Assembly: GCA_973895155.1 (NCBI GenBank)
Contig: OZ316898.1
Location: forward strand, 20,905,292 to 20,969,291
Reading direction: 5' to 3'
Length of the DNA stretch: 64,000 nt
Source of the DNA: Marsupella aquatica
Lineage: Eukaryota; Plantae; Marchantiophyta
Shown here one piece after another: positions 37,741 to 48,633 of this stretch. The notes beneath the pieces were generated by a model that was given only the letters and a program-made list of their open reading frames with translations, was not told where the DNA came from and made no database searches. Position 1 is the stretch's first letter. The number at the start of each line of letters is the position of its first letter. The position numbers and the translations under genes were made by a program.

Positions 37741-39564
37741 GAATTGAATTGTAACTTTGGGTGCATTGCAAGATTGAGTACTACCAAAGGAGGCAAAAAA
37801 GTCTCCAGTACTTTCATTAATCCAAGGACTGCCAACGACCAAGACAAGATTAGCACATCTAAAGTCAAAAAGGACTTAAAAAATCAAATGCATATTAGAC
37901 GCATTCATCAGTATTTCAGCTCCCGAGGTAACCCTTTCTTGTCCCAACTGTAAGTTATGAGCGAAGGACAACCGGTTCTCTAGGAGAGTGGTGAGGCTAT
38001 TAGTTCTGCGTGGAGGACTTTTCAAAAACAAGGAGTCAAAGTCCTTTGGGGAAACTCCTTTTCTGTCCTGACGTGTAATTTATAGTGGACATTGGAAGCC
38101 AACACGGACTACTGTAGCTTGGACAAACGAGATCGTTCTTGGAGATGAATTACCTTAGGACACAAGGAATGGAAAGGTAGGAGGTAATGCTGAGGCGTCT
38201 GGGGCACCAACGAAGGCTAGTTCCGCTTAATCAGTCAAATAGCCAGGCAACAGCAACACCAAATCAAAAGGAGCCAAAACCAGATCCTGAGTTTGAAGCA
38301 ACAGTGGAGACTTCACCACAAGACGATGATACGTGGTTGGGCTCAAAGCATTCCAGTGGATTTGCAGATGCAGTAGGGTTTTGCCTCATCGGCCATTTCC
38401 ACACTTGCTAGCAAAAATTCCTGTTTGCTCGCATCATACAATACCTCATTGATTGATTGCTGCCTGGACTGATTACGTTAGTTCAAAGGAAGAATGGTGT
38501 CCTTCCACCACACATCTTCAACATCATTCTCACCTAAGCAAATTCAAACCAAAAAGAAGAGATAACAGATTAATCTCTCTTAAGACCTCCTTCTCCAAGA
38601 TGAATCGATTTTCTTGAGGTAGGCATGGGCCCAGCAGAAGCAACAGACACATGCTAATCCACTATTCCTTGCAGAACTGTGCTCCTTCTCCGTTCACTTG
38701 CACTGTCTATGAGCTTGCAGATTTCTATCATGCCTCAACGTAGCAACATTTCTACTGCGAATACAGCCCACTTTCCTGCCTTGTCCGTTGACCCTTGACG
38801 ATAGCAGTGTACAGTGCATCATTCTCATTCTCACATAATTTGAGGACTTACTCCTTCTCTAAAGCCGGAGTAGTTAACATGCTTTAGAGCACCTTTCACG
38901 ACCTTATCTTGTGAATCTGCGAAGCTCAGAACAGTTGAGTTGCGGATGGAACTTCATATTGGTTGAATTCAACTGTCGACGACTAAGTTCGAAGCAGAAG
39001 AACACGGCTACCTTCCTAGAATTGAATTGTCTAGTCTCCCACCTACATCATCAAGCTGTATCAGATCTGAACACATCCATACTCTGGGAGCCAAGGCTTT
39101 CTCTCCAAGTCAATTAACTCTAAAACTGATTGCTTAAAGTTTTATGATAGTGGAGGTTGCCATCAGCGAATTTTATCTTCATGCCCTTGATTTTACCGTC
39201 TCATGTCAGCAAAGTGAGTTCCCTTCCAGTACTATGTTCATGGCAAGGCAGCTACTGTATGCAAACCCTTCTTCTAATCTAACAACAAAATGTAACGAAG
39301 AAATCAAACAAACTTTCTACATAGCAGGCTAAGAGCTTGATTTCACGGATCTACGATTTCGACTCTCCACTAAACTCGCGTAACATTTCTCTTACATGAA
39401 CAGGTCTTTCAGCCAGAAGAGTGCTACTTACAACTCCTAATTGCAGAATCTCAAATTAATGTTACAAAATTGCAGCAACGAAAATCTGACCTGTATCTGC
39501 ACAGCCAGCGAGTACTGCTTTAGAGTCACTTTCCAGCTAGCCCAACACAGCTTTCAGTCTGGAT

Positions 39565-42500
39565 TCACCAGTAATCACCACAAGAACACATTCCATCTTT
39601 GAAATGGTGGAACCGATTTGCATCCCTCGCAATAATCTCGCGTCCGGTCACCTTAGAGATATACTTGGTTGCTGAGTGGCAATCCGAACACACCCGAAGG
39701 TTCTTACTTACACGAATTGGTTCTCCCCAAGGTAGGTGCATGAGACCGTAAACAATAGCCAACTTCTCACTATGAGAGCAAAGAGCTAGCTCTTTATCCT
39801 CCTCATTCATATCATGCAACACAAGCTGGGTATCCGGAATGTAGCCTTCAGCCTTCAGTTTTTCACTCAATTTTTTCAGCTCAGTATAGATCGCCTCCGC
39901 TTCTGGGTGAGATGTATCCCCCACAACAAATTCATGGATCTTGTTATCAACTTCAATCCAGCTACGCCCTGGCTCCTTCCAAACACCTCTCTCTTGCATC
40001 ATAGTCCGCACAGATGACACCTTCTTCCACTTCCCGGCTGCCGCGTAGATATTGGACAGAAGCACATATGTAGAGGCCTTACCGGGCTCCAACTTGAAAA
40101 GCTCGTTAGCGGCCAGTTCGCCTAGCTCCACGTTACCGTAAGTTCGACAAGCCCCAAGCAAAGCTGTCCAAGTTACATCATTTGGTTCGATCGGCATCTC
40201 ACTGATGAACTGCTGTGCTTCCTCCAAGTGTCCCGCCCGCCCAAGAATATCCACCATGAGGTTATAGTGAACAACAGTACGCTCGATACCATAATCTTGC
40301 GTCATAGCTGAAAAGATTCTACGGCCATCATCAACAAGGCCTCCATGAGAACACGCTGACAACACAGCTATAAATGACGTCTCGATGGGCTTCACATGGT
40401 CTGCATTCATTTTTCTGAAAAGTTCCAGGGCTTCATGCCCATGTCCGTGTTGTGCAAGTCCACCGATCATTATGTTCCACGTGATTACATCGCGTTTCCC
40501 GAGTCTGTCAAAAACTTGTTGGGCGTCATCTATACTGCCACTCTTTGCATACATGTGAACGAGTGCGTTGCCCACACGCACATCCGACTCCAGTCCGGCT
40601 TTGCTTGCGTGGCCATGAACCTCCTTCACCCACTTCAAAGCCCCCGCACTTGCAGATGCATTCAGGATGCTCAGATAAGTAATTGCATCTGGTTCGAACC
40701 CTTCCAGTCTCATTTGGAGAAACAATCGATATGCTTCATACCCAGATCCATGTTGTGCAAGTCCCCCAATCATGGTAGTCCATGTGACAACATCACGTTT
40801 TTCCATTCTGTCGAAAACCAGTCGGGCATCATCTATACTCCCACTCTTTGCATACATGTGAATGAGTGCATTGCCGACACGCACATCCGACTCCAGTCCG
40901 ACTTTGCTAGCGTGGCCATGAACCTCCTTCACCCACTCCAAAGCCCCCGCACTTGCAGATGCATTCAGGATGCTCAGATAAGTGATTGCATCTGGTTCAA
41001 AGCCTTCCCGTCTCATTTGGAGAAACAACCGATATGCTTCATGCCCACATCCATGTTGTGCAAGTGCTCCTATCATTACATTCCATGTGACTGCATTGCG
41101 TTTCTCCATTCTGTCAAAAACCAGTCGGGCATCATCTATACTGCCACTCTTTGCATACATGTGAATGAGTGCACTGCCCACACGCAACTCCGACTCCAGT
41201 CCGGCTTTGCTAGCGTGGCCATGAACCTCCTTCACCCACTCCAAAGCCCCAGCACTTGTAGATGCATTCAGGATGCTCAGATAAGTGATTGCATCTGGTT
41301 CGAAGCCTTCCAGTCTCATTTGGAGAAACAATCGATATGCTTCATACCCAGATCCATGTTGTGCAAGTCCCCCAATCATGGTATTCCATGTGACAACATC
41401 ACGTTTCTCCATTCTGTCGAAAACCAGTCGGGCATCATCTATACTCCCACTCTTTGCATACATGTGAACGAGTGCACTGCCCACACGCACATTGGACTCC
41501 AGTCCGGCTTCGCTAGCGTGGCCATGAACCTCCTTCACCCACTTCAAAGGCCCCGCACTTGCAGATGCACTCAGAATACTCGCATAAGTGAATGCATCTG
41601 GTTCAAAGCCTGCCCGTCTCATTTGGAGAAACAATCGGTATGCTTTATGCCCACATCCATGTTGTGCAAGTGCTCCTATCATTACATTCCATGTGATTAC
41701 ATCTCGTTTCTCCATTCTGTCAAAAACCTGTCGAGCATCATCTATACTGCCACTCTGTGCATACATGTGAACGAGTGCATTGCCCACACGCACATCCGAC
41801 TCCAGTCCGGCTTTGCTAGCGTGGCCATGAACCTCCTTCACCCACTCCAAAGCCCCCGCACTTGCAGATGCATTCAGGATGCTCAGATAAGTGATTGCAT
41901 CTCGCTTGAAGCCTTCCCCTCTCATTTGGAGGAATAGTCGATATGCTTCGTGCCCACATCCATGTTGTGCAAGTCCTCCTATCATTACATTCCATGTGAT
42001 TACGTCGCGTTTCTCCATTCTGTCAAAAACCAGTCGGGCGTCACCTATCCTGCCACTCTCTGCATACATGTGAATCAGCGCAGAGCCCACACGCAAATTC
42101 GACTCCAGTCCGGCATTTCTAGCGTGGCCATGAACCTCCTTCACCCACTCCAAAGCCCCCGCACTTGCAGATGCATTCAGAATACTCGCATAAGTGAATG
42201 CATCTGGTTCAAAGCCTTCCCGTCTCATTTGGAGAAACAATCGATATGCTTCGTGCCCACATCCATGTCGTGAAAGTCCTCCTATCATTACATTCCATGT
42301 GATTACGTCGCGTTTCTCCATTCTGTCAAAAACCAGTCGGGCGTCACCTATCCTGCCACTCTCTGCATACATGTGAACCAGCGCAGAGCCCACACGCAAA
42401 TCTGACTCCAGTCCCGCTTTCCTAGCGTGGCCATGAACGTCCTTCACCCATGCCAAACCCCCATCACATGCGGATGCATTCAGGATGCTCGTATAGGTGA

Positions 42501-43371
42501 TTGCATTTGGTTCGAAGCCATCCCGTCTCATTTGGAGGAATAGTCGATATGCTTCCACACCATCACCACGTTCTGCCCATGCTCCAATCATAACATTCCA
42601 TGTAATGACATTTCGATTAGTCAACTTTTCAAAAACTTTCCTTGCCTCGGTGATGCACCCACATTTAGCGTACATCAGTACGAGAGCAGACCCTACACGC
42701 ACGTCCGATTCAAAGCCGGCATGTCGAATACCCTGATGAATTTCTTTTCCCCAATTGAGAGCTAATGGGCTTGAACATGCATTCAGGATGCTCAGATACG
42801 TGATCTCATTCGGCTTCACGCCTTCTTGGCGCATTAGATTGAAAATTTCGAGTGCAGATTCAACATGATCACTCCTTGCGTATCCCGCAATCATGCTGGT
42901 CCAAGTAATAACACTCTTCTTCTGAATTTGATCAAAAACACTACGTGCATCCGATAAACCTCCGCATTTGATGTACACATTCAAAAGCGTGATTGCCACA
43001 GATGGATTTTCGTGAATTCCACTCTCGATGATGCAATCATGAATTTGCTTGGCTCCTGAAAGGTCTTTCTGTTGCAAGCACATTTGCAGAACTTTAACAT
43101 ATGTGTACGAGTCTACGGCAATGCCTCGCTGTAGACGATCTTTCAACATAGCAATTGTTTGACCCGTGGTACCAGGATGCATACGCCTACTGCCAACCCC
43201 TTTTGCAGTGACTTGAGACCGATCTCTCGTGCAATAACTAACACTAGATGGAAATCTGCAGTGAGTAACCAAATTCGCCCTTGCCTTAACCCACGCTGGG
43301 GTTGACCATCCATCCACCCAAAGTCCTAGTCTTGTCAACTTCTGATTGAACTCAGGTGCTCTGGGCTTCCT
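39565..43371 (-). CDS. PLS-class PPR-E1-E2-DYW editing factor, 29 PPR motifs (main exon; start probably in an upstream exon)
   Basis: L-S-(P-L-S)x8-P2-L2-S2-E1-E2-DYW with intact HSEKLA, CSDCH and DYW. The track start at 43338 is TTG and the first in-exon ATG is 43182. A conserved acceptor (GACAG|AGG) lies at 43371. Confidence 0.93.
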   Translation of the reverse strand, partial: RKPRAPEFNQKLTRLGLWVDGWSTPAWVKARANLVTHCRFPSSVSYCTRDRSQVTAKGVGSRRMHPGTTGQTIAMLKDRLQRGIAVDSYTYVKVLQMCLQQKDLSGAKQIHDCIIESGIHENPSVAITLLNVYIKCGGLSDARSVFDQIQKKSVITWTSMIAGYARSDHVESALEIFNLMRQEGVKPNEITYLSILNACSSPLALNWGKEIHQGIRHAGFESDVRVGSALVLMYAKCGCITEARKVFEKLTNRNVITWNVMIGAWAERGDGVEAYRLFLQMRRDGFEPNAITYTSILNASACDGGLAWVKDVHGHARKAGLESDLRVGSALVHMYAESGRIGDARLVFDRMEKRDVITWNVMIGGLSRHGCGHEAYRLFLQMRREGFEPDAFTYASILNASASAGALEWVKEVHGHARNAGLESNLRVGSALIHMYAESGRIGDARLVFDRMEKRDVITWNVMIGGLAQHGCGHEAYRLFLQMRGEGFKRDAITYLSILNASASAGALEWVKEVHGHASKAGLESDVRVGNALVHMYAQSGSIDDARQVFDRMEKRDVITWNVMIGALAQHGCGHKAYRLFLQMRRAGFEPDAFTYASILSASASAGPLKWVKEVHGHASEAGLESNVRVGSALVHMYAKSGSIDDARLVFDRMEKRDVVTWNTMIGGLAQHGSGYEAYRLFLQMRLEGFEPDAITYLSILNASTSAGALEWVKEVHGHASKAGLESELRVGSALIHMYAKSGSIDDARLVFDRMEKRNAVTWNVMIGALAQHGCGHEAYRLFLQMRREGFEPDAITYLSILNASASAGALEWVKEVHGHASKVGLESDVRVGNALIHMYAKSGSIDDARLVFDRMEKRDVVTWTTMIGGLAQHGSGYEAYRLFLQMRLEGFEPDAITYLSILNASASAGALKWVKEVHGHASKAGLESDVRVGNALVHMYAKSGSIDDAQQVFDRLGKRDVITWNIMIGGLAQHGHGHEALELFRKMNADHVKPIETSFIAVLSACSHGGLVDDGRRIFSAMTQDYGIERTVVHYNLMVDILGRAGHLEEAQQFISEMPIEPNDVTWTALLGACRTYGNVELGELAANELFKLEPGKASTYVLLSNIYAAAGKWKKVSSVRTMMQERGVWKEPGRSWIEVDNKIHEFVVGDTSHPEAEAIYTELKKLSEKLKAEGYIPDTQLVLHDMNEEDKELALCSHSEKLAIVYGLMHLPWGEPIRVSKNLRVCSDCHSATKYISKVTGREIIARDANRFHHFKDGMCSCGDYW

Positions 43372-43552
43372 CTGTCAGCACCACAACCCACGATCAGATC
43401 TGCTACCAGGATAATATCCAGGAGATTCCACGAGGTGCAGAGAATTTGTAGTTATTTCTTGACGACTATGTTTCCAGTGATCTTTCTACAATGAGTGTTC
43501 AGAAATGGATAGCAGACCGGTAAGCCTCTCGAGTTCTAGGGTGCATTCCTAC

Positions 43553-43659
43553 CTCCGTCCACAGATGTATTTTCTTGTCTCCCTTGCTCTGCTGTGATCT
43601 TTGGTACAGATAACTTGCAAAAGTTAAATGACTCCTTTCCAACTGAGAGTAACGGCTAT
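43553..43659 (-). CDS. Probable upstream coding exon of the 29-motif PPR gene
   Basis: CTTGACAG|...GGACGGAG|GTAGG. 107 nt, open in the frame that joins the main exon (SRYSQLE...GDKKIHLWTE|RKPRAPEFNQK). Both splice sites are conserved in the + paralogue (18843-18950). Confidence 0.6.
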
Positions 43660-45619
43660 CTGTCAAGAATGCAATGATCTTAGAATAGAATATTGAAATA
43701 ATTGTGAAAGGCATATCCAGGTATCACCAAGCTCGTTCCTTCTCCCGTATTTCACTGTACCCACAGAAAGGACAGAGTCAAGAGCCTATCGAATTGGTAC
43801 TATAATACTTCAGCCAGAAGTCACATGTTATCCTTGGGTTGTGTACAGGACAGACTCTTAGGGCATCTTGACAGGCGTTCATTTGTAAGTTGCCTACACT
43901 GTCCTTTCTGCGCTATACACAAACCAGAATCTCAGGTTTCTAAAAGAGACTACTTAGAAATAAAGCCTAGCCATCATCTGTAGAATCCATCGTGATTAGA
44001 CACAGATGACATGAACGTGAAAGCGCTTCCCTCCCTCTCCTACAATTCAGAAATAAAGGCTATCCATCATTCTTTAACTTGGCTCTGATACAATCCGTGA
44101 AGAAACACATACGACATGAATGTAACAGCCTCCCCTCCCCCTCGCCCGCCCCTCCCCTCCCCTCCCCCCACCCTGTGCTTCTTAACATGAAAAAATAATC
44201 AAACTTGAAGTTCAACTCAAGTCTTGATCACATAATCCTCATAGCAGGAAATTCCCGCAACTATAAATGTCACACCGTGGTGCTGGAACAAGAGTTTCTG
44301 TCTAAAAGTAGGTACGCATAACGTTGAAATCGCTCTTCAGTCTCATTACCTGAAGGCCGTGTACAAGAACAATGGCGGATGCCAATACCAATCAAACCGG
44401 AAGATGAAGGATAAACTCTGCAAATCAAACGTCTTTGTTGAGAATGTATTCAAGGTCGTTTGGTCACATCAAATCCAACAAAATGACATGCATACAAAAT
44501 TAATCATACCTGGCTGAGGACTGTTGCCTAAAGCGGTCCATATCCAAAAGTTCCATCGAGTCAGCTCCGTTCCCATGCCGGGAATACGGAGCTCAATGGT
44601 ACAGTTTTGAGAAATACGATCTTACCTGTTTGACAAAGGTTCAAATCAGTCTAAGTAGTGCAATCTTGCAGAGCCCTCAAATTTCAAGTCTCCTCTTTCC
44701 TTCCCATGGACTAAGGAAAGAATATTCATTACGCGAAGGCTCTGTTGGGGAAACCTTGCCCGGGCAGAGGAATCTCAGCTCAGCGTAACAGTTGGAGGAA
44801 GCCCTAGAAGCATAGCAGTAGCGGTATCTTCTCCAGGATCAATTCCTCCTGCTGGACTCTTTTACGAATCATCCCAGCTTTGCCATCAAAACTTGAGAAT
44901 CAAAACTACAAGTTTTGAGAAGTAAAAGTATGAGAAGATCTTCCATCCAAACCCCAAAGCAACCCACCGTCATACCTGCACATTGCCCTCTGAAAAACTA
45001 TGGCGCGAGTGCTCTTGTTTATCGCCCTCCAAGAAAGAACCCTTTCCAACTGAAGTGTCCTGGATACCAAACGGAGAATTGACGACATTTCTTCAAAGAA
45101 GAACTTGTGAAGTGTTATGCAGACCGTGTAAGTAGCAAATTGGGCAGGCTCGACAATTCGTTCAGAACAACAAGTTGAAGCAAGTGGCAACAAAATTGAT
45201 CTAGATTGTGACGGGAAATCAGGAGACGGGCAGCAGGAGACGTCATGCAAGAAATGAGCAGGACTTGAACCAGGATGGACAGTATCCCGGGCTGAAAAAG
45301 AGATTCTGTCCCGCTTCCTTGGGCGCTCAGAGGTGAGAAGTATAGTTGCCCAGCAATCTAAGGTCGAAACGCAGAAGAACATCCAGTATAGCTAGGGCCT
45401 TACTAGGAATTCTCTGCCCAAAGGACATGACGACAGGCCGTGTAAAAGTGGTAACGCGAACCTAACAGGGATCACTGGATTCGTCAGCATGTAGCTACGC
45501 ACAGCTCGATACCAACTCCCCGAGAAGCAACTATAGCAATTCAGCAATCCAGCAATCCGAAGCCACTACGACAAGTAGTTCTTAGCAGATTGTGAATTCT
45601 ACAAGGATTGTTAGCTCAT

Positions 45620-46400
45620 TAAATTGTTCCCTTACCAGCTAATATTGTCTTTTCCAACTTATAAGTTGGTGTTAGTGGTAATTCCTGCTGATTATCTTCT
45701 TCATTTCTTGTTGTAGCTGTCCTTTCAGTTACCTCACTGGTATTTGGTCCTGCTGTCACTTGTGCTCCCTCACTCATTTTCTGAACACCCTAAACACACA
45801 CCCTAAACCCTACACCCTTCTCTGCATTGTGGAGCTATACATAACAATTCTTCAACAGTTAATTCCACTTTAGCCTTTGAAATAACCTCTACCAATTTCT
45901 TTATTATCTCTTGGTTCTTCCCTTAATGATTCATCACTTATTGGGTCTTCCTCATGTGTAAAGGACTCTCTGATTTCTTCTTTAAAACTCTCATCAGACT
46001 CTAAAATTTCAGCTCCATCTTCTATTCTATCATCCAAACCCATTAATCTTCTGGTCTTGGTAGCAATTCACTTTGTTGATGTTGTCGGATTTGTTCTGCT
46101 GTTTCTCGTGTTGTAGCGTCCAATTGTTCCCAACTGGTACTCGGTACTCCACTCGTGGACGGTAGAGCTAACATGATTGGTGGCTCTACCGGTTGTGACA
46201 TAGTCACTATATTCACATCCATTGTCTGAATTCTTACATGATTAACTGGTGCTTTAGTTTGTGCTTAGGTTCTTTCTTTATTATGTTGCACCCATAATTC
46301 ACACTTAGCCCCTCTTATATGTCCGGGCTTCCCACAATAATAGCAAGTAAGGGGAGGTCTTTCTCCCCCTTCCCTGAAGTTCCTCTTATTTGAATATTGT
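45620..46400 (-). pseudogene. Highly decayed retrotransposon gag remnant
   Basis: CYYCGKPGHIRGAKC zinc-knuckle-like motif at ~46300-46345; many stops. Confidence 0.5.
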
Positions 46401-47435
46401 CTGTCAGGATTCCTTGGAATTTATTTTTTCTTAAATAAAGAATGAAATAAATAATTATACTTCAGGATATATTCTTTATGTGTGTACGACCCCCTAAATT
46501 TTGTTGCTTGTAATAAAGTAATCATTTTAAAATGCTAAACCCTTTCAGGGTATTGCAAACACCTAATGAACAGCTGTTGTTTGGTTTGTCACACCATTCT
46601 AGGTAGTGTACGTTAGAGTGTATCGTACCATCTAGATCCGTATGTTTGGTATGTGTGCTATATGAGCCGATAAGGTTCCGTCAGGTTTGTGTGAGAGGGT
46701 ACTTCTCACTTGTGAGGCATTGAAAGGTCATCTTTCAATGTTGAACCTTGGAGAGAGAGGAGCTTGAGTGTGGCTATGGTGGCTGTGAGCTTCGCTTGTG
46801 TAAACGTGGATTCTTTGAGTAGTGCAAGGTGCGTTGGCTTGACATACGTGTGTGATCAGATCGGTGCGGGATTGATGGGGTATTGTTGATCAGGATCGTT
46901 GTGCCGATTGTATTGAGATTACATTGAAAGATCATGAGCTTCAAACTCTGTTGTGCGGACAGAAGCTCAGTCTGAGTTTGTCGTTGACGGTGATGGTTCG
47001 TGGTAGCTTGAATCAATTGGATTTGTGTTTGACACGGATGCATGTTTCTTGAATCGTTAGTTCTATTGTTTGAGTACACTATTGCTATTCGATCTGGTTC
47101 TAGCCAAGCTTGACCGTTGTTGTATCTGGATCTGGTCTAGATCTGGATCTGGATTGAGTCGGAGTCTAGATCTGGAAAGAGATCTGGAAAGATTGCTGCT
47201 TGTATCGAGCTGCTATTTTGTGGACAGATCTGTTGGAATTTTGAGTGCTCGCAGCGTTTTATTGTCAAGGGACACTCACGGAATGTCCCAGAACCATGCG
47301 CGACAGGTTTGCGGAGGTCGAGAGCCATCAACGTTGCCATTTTTATGAAGGAAATCGTTGCTTTCGAGTGGCAAATATTGCCATTTTTTAGCCCGATGAC
47401 TTTTGTTTTGTGTACACACACAACTGTACGCGCAT

Positions 47436-47607
47436 AAGGCGAATTGCGAGGTCACCCATCCCGGGACTATTCCGAGGCGCGAGCGCAAGGCGAAGTCCGA
47501 GGTCACCCATCCCGGGACTATTCCGAGTCGCGAGCGCAAGGCAAAGCGCGAGGTCACCCATCCCGGGGCTATTCCCAGCCGCGAGCGCTTAGCTGGCAAC
47601 TTCTCAT
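47436..47607 (-). promoter_or_regulatory. 5S rRNA-derived internal control region (A box-IE-C box) amplified as three 51-bp tandem units
   Basis: The - strand reads ATGAGAAGTTGCCAGCTAAGCG-N22-GGATGGGTGACCTC, versus plant 5S ATCAGAACTCCGCAGTTAAGCG-N22-GGATGGGTGACCTC (from memory). The C box is exact in all three units. Confidence 0.75.
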
Positions 47608-47897
47608 CCCACCTTGTGTACACACAAGCTTTCACAACTTGTTGTTTAAATTCAAGCGCCAGGAGGCTTTATACACTTTTTGGTTTGTTTAGAGGCCTAT
47701 TCTAGGCCAAATCAGAGGCTGCTTTAGGGTTTTTGATAATTCTGAGTCCATCTAGACTCACAGATTGAACCAATTTTGCCTTGATTCTCATCTACAACAT
47801 TGGAGTGCCATTGTGAAACCTATTATGAAGGCTCTTCCTTGAACCTTATGAAAATTATCATATTGATTTGCATTTGCTTTTGGGGGTATTTACAAAT

Positions 47898-48168
47898 GAC
47901 AGGAAACAGCAAACAGTAACAGGGAACAGAAACTGGTAACAGGAAAACGAGCGGTAATTTTTTATTTTTTTTAAATTTGGAAAAAAAAAAGTTTTTTTTT
48001 CTTCAAATTTTTTATTTTTTTGCCAGCGCCCAAAGCTAGCCAAAAAACGTTGCAATTTAATTTTTTTTGGAAAATGTGACTTTTAGAAAATATTTTTAAA
48101 TGGTTATTTTTCCTGGTAATAGTAATTTTTTGCTGGTACCAGTAAACCTGTTTCCTGTTTACTGTCAC
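47898..48168. mobile_element. Small foldback or MITE-like element
   Basis: Left CAGTAACAGGGAACAGAAACTGGTAACAG is an imperfect inverted repeat of right CTGGTACCAGTAAACCTGTTTCCTGTTTACTG; A/T-tract interior; no TSD verified. Confidence 0.45.
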
Positions 48169-48633
48169 GCATGCCATACCCTACTTTTGTGTGGAGAGTT
48201 GAATGGTATCCATTCTTGTTTCTGGATCCTCTTCACACATGCTTCCTGTTTATGCGCCATGTTAGTTTGGTGTGGGCGCTTGATTCCATAGGAATGATCC
48301 GGGTTTGCAACCGGACATTCTAGTTGTGCTACGTATTTCTCTCCTGGTGATGTTGGAGTGATGCCCAACACACCATGGTGAGTGCTTGTGGTGCTGACAT
48401 GGACAGATTGCCCTTAGGGTTAGCATATAGATTAGGTTAGGTTGGTCACCACAGCTTCTTCTGGTGCTGTTGGGTTACTCGATGGATGACGGACCGGTTT
48501 TACTCGGAGTGGGGTGCAATTTTGGCCAGCGGCATTGGTAGCAGTCAGCAGTGCAACTTCAGATAGTGATTCCGACAAGGACTCAATGACCAATTCTCCT
48601 TGTCATCAGGTGATTGCACCTTTGTTGTGGGAT

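Noticed and set aside
40396-41937. 513-aa antisense ORF and the series of 60-aa ORFs spaced 303 bp apart
   Set aside because: Shadow frames of the PPR tandem array; a stop-free unit repeated gives a long ORF automatically.
47436-47607. Functional 5S rRNA gene
   Set aside because: Only the internal control region is present; the 5' and 3' stems are missing.
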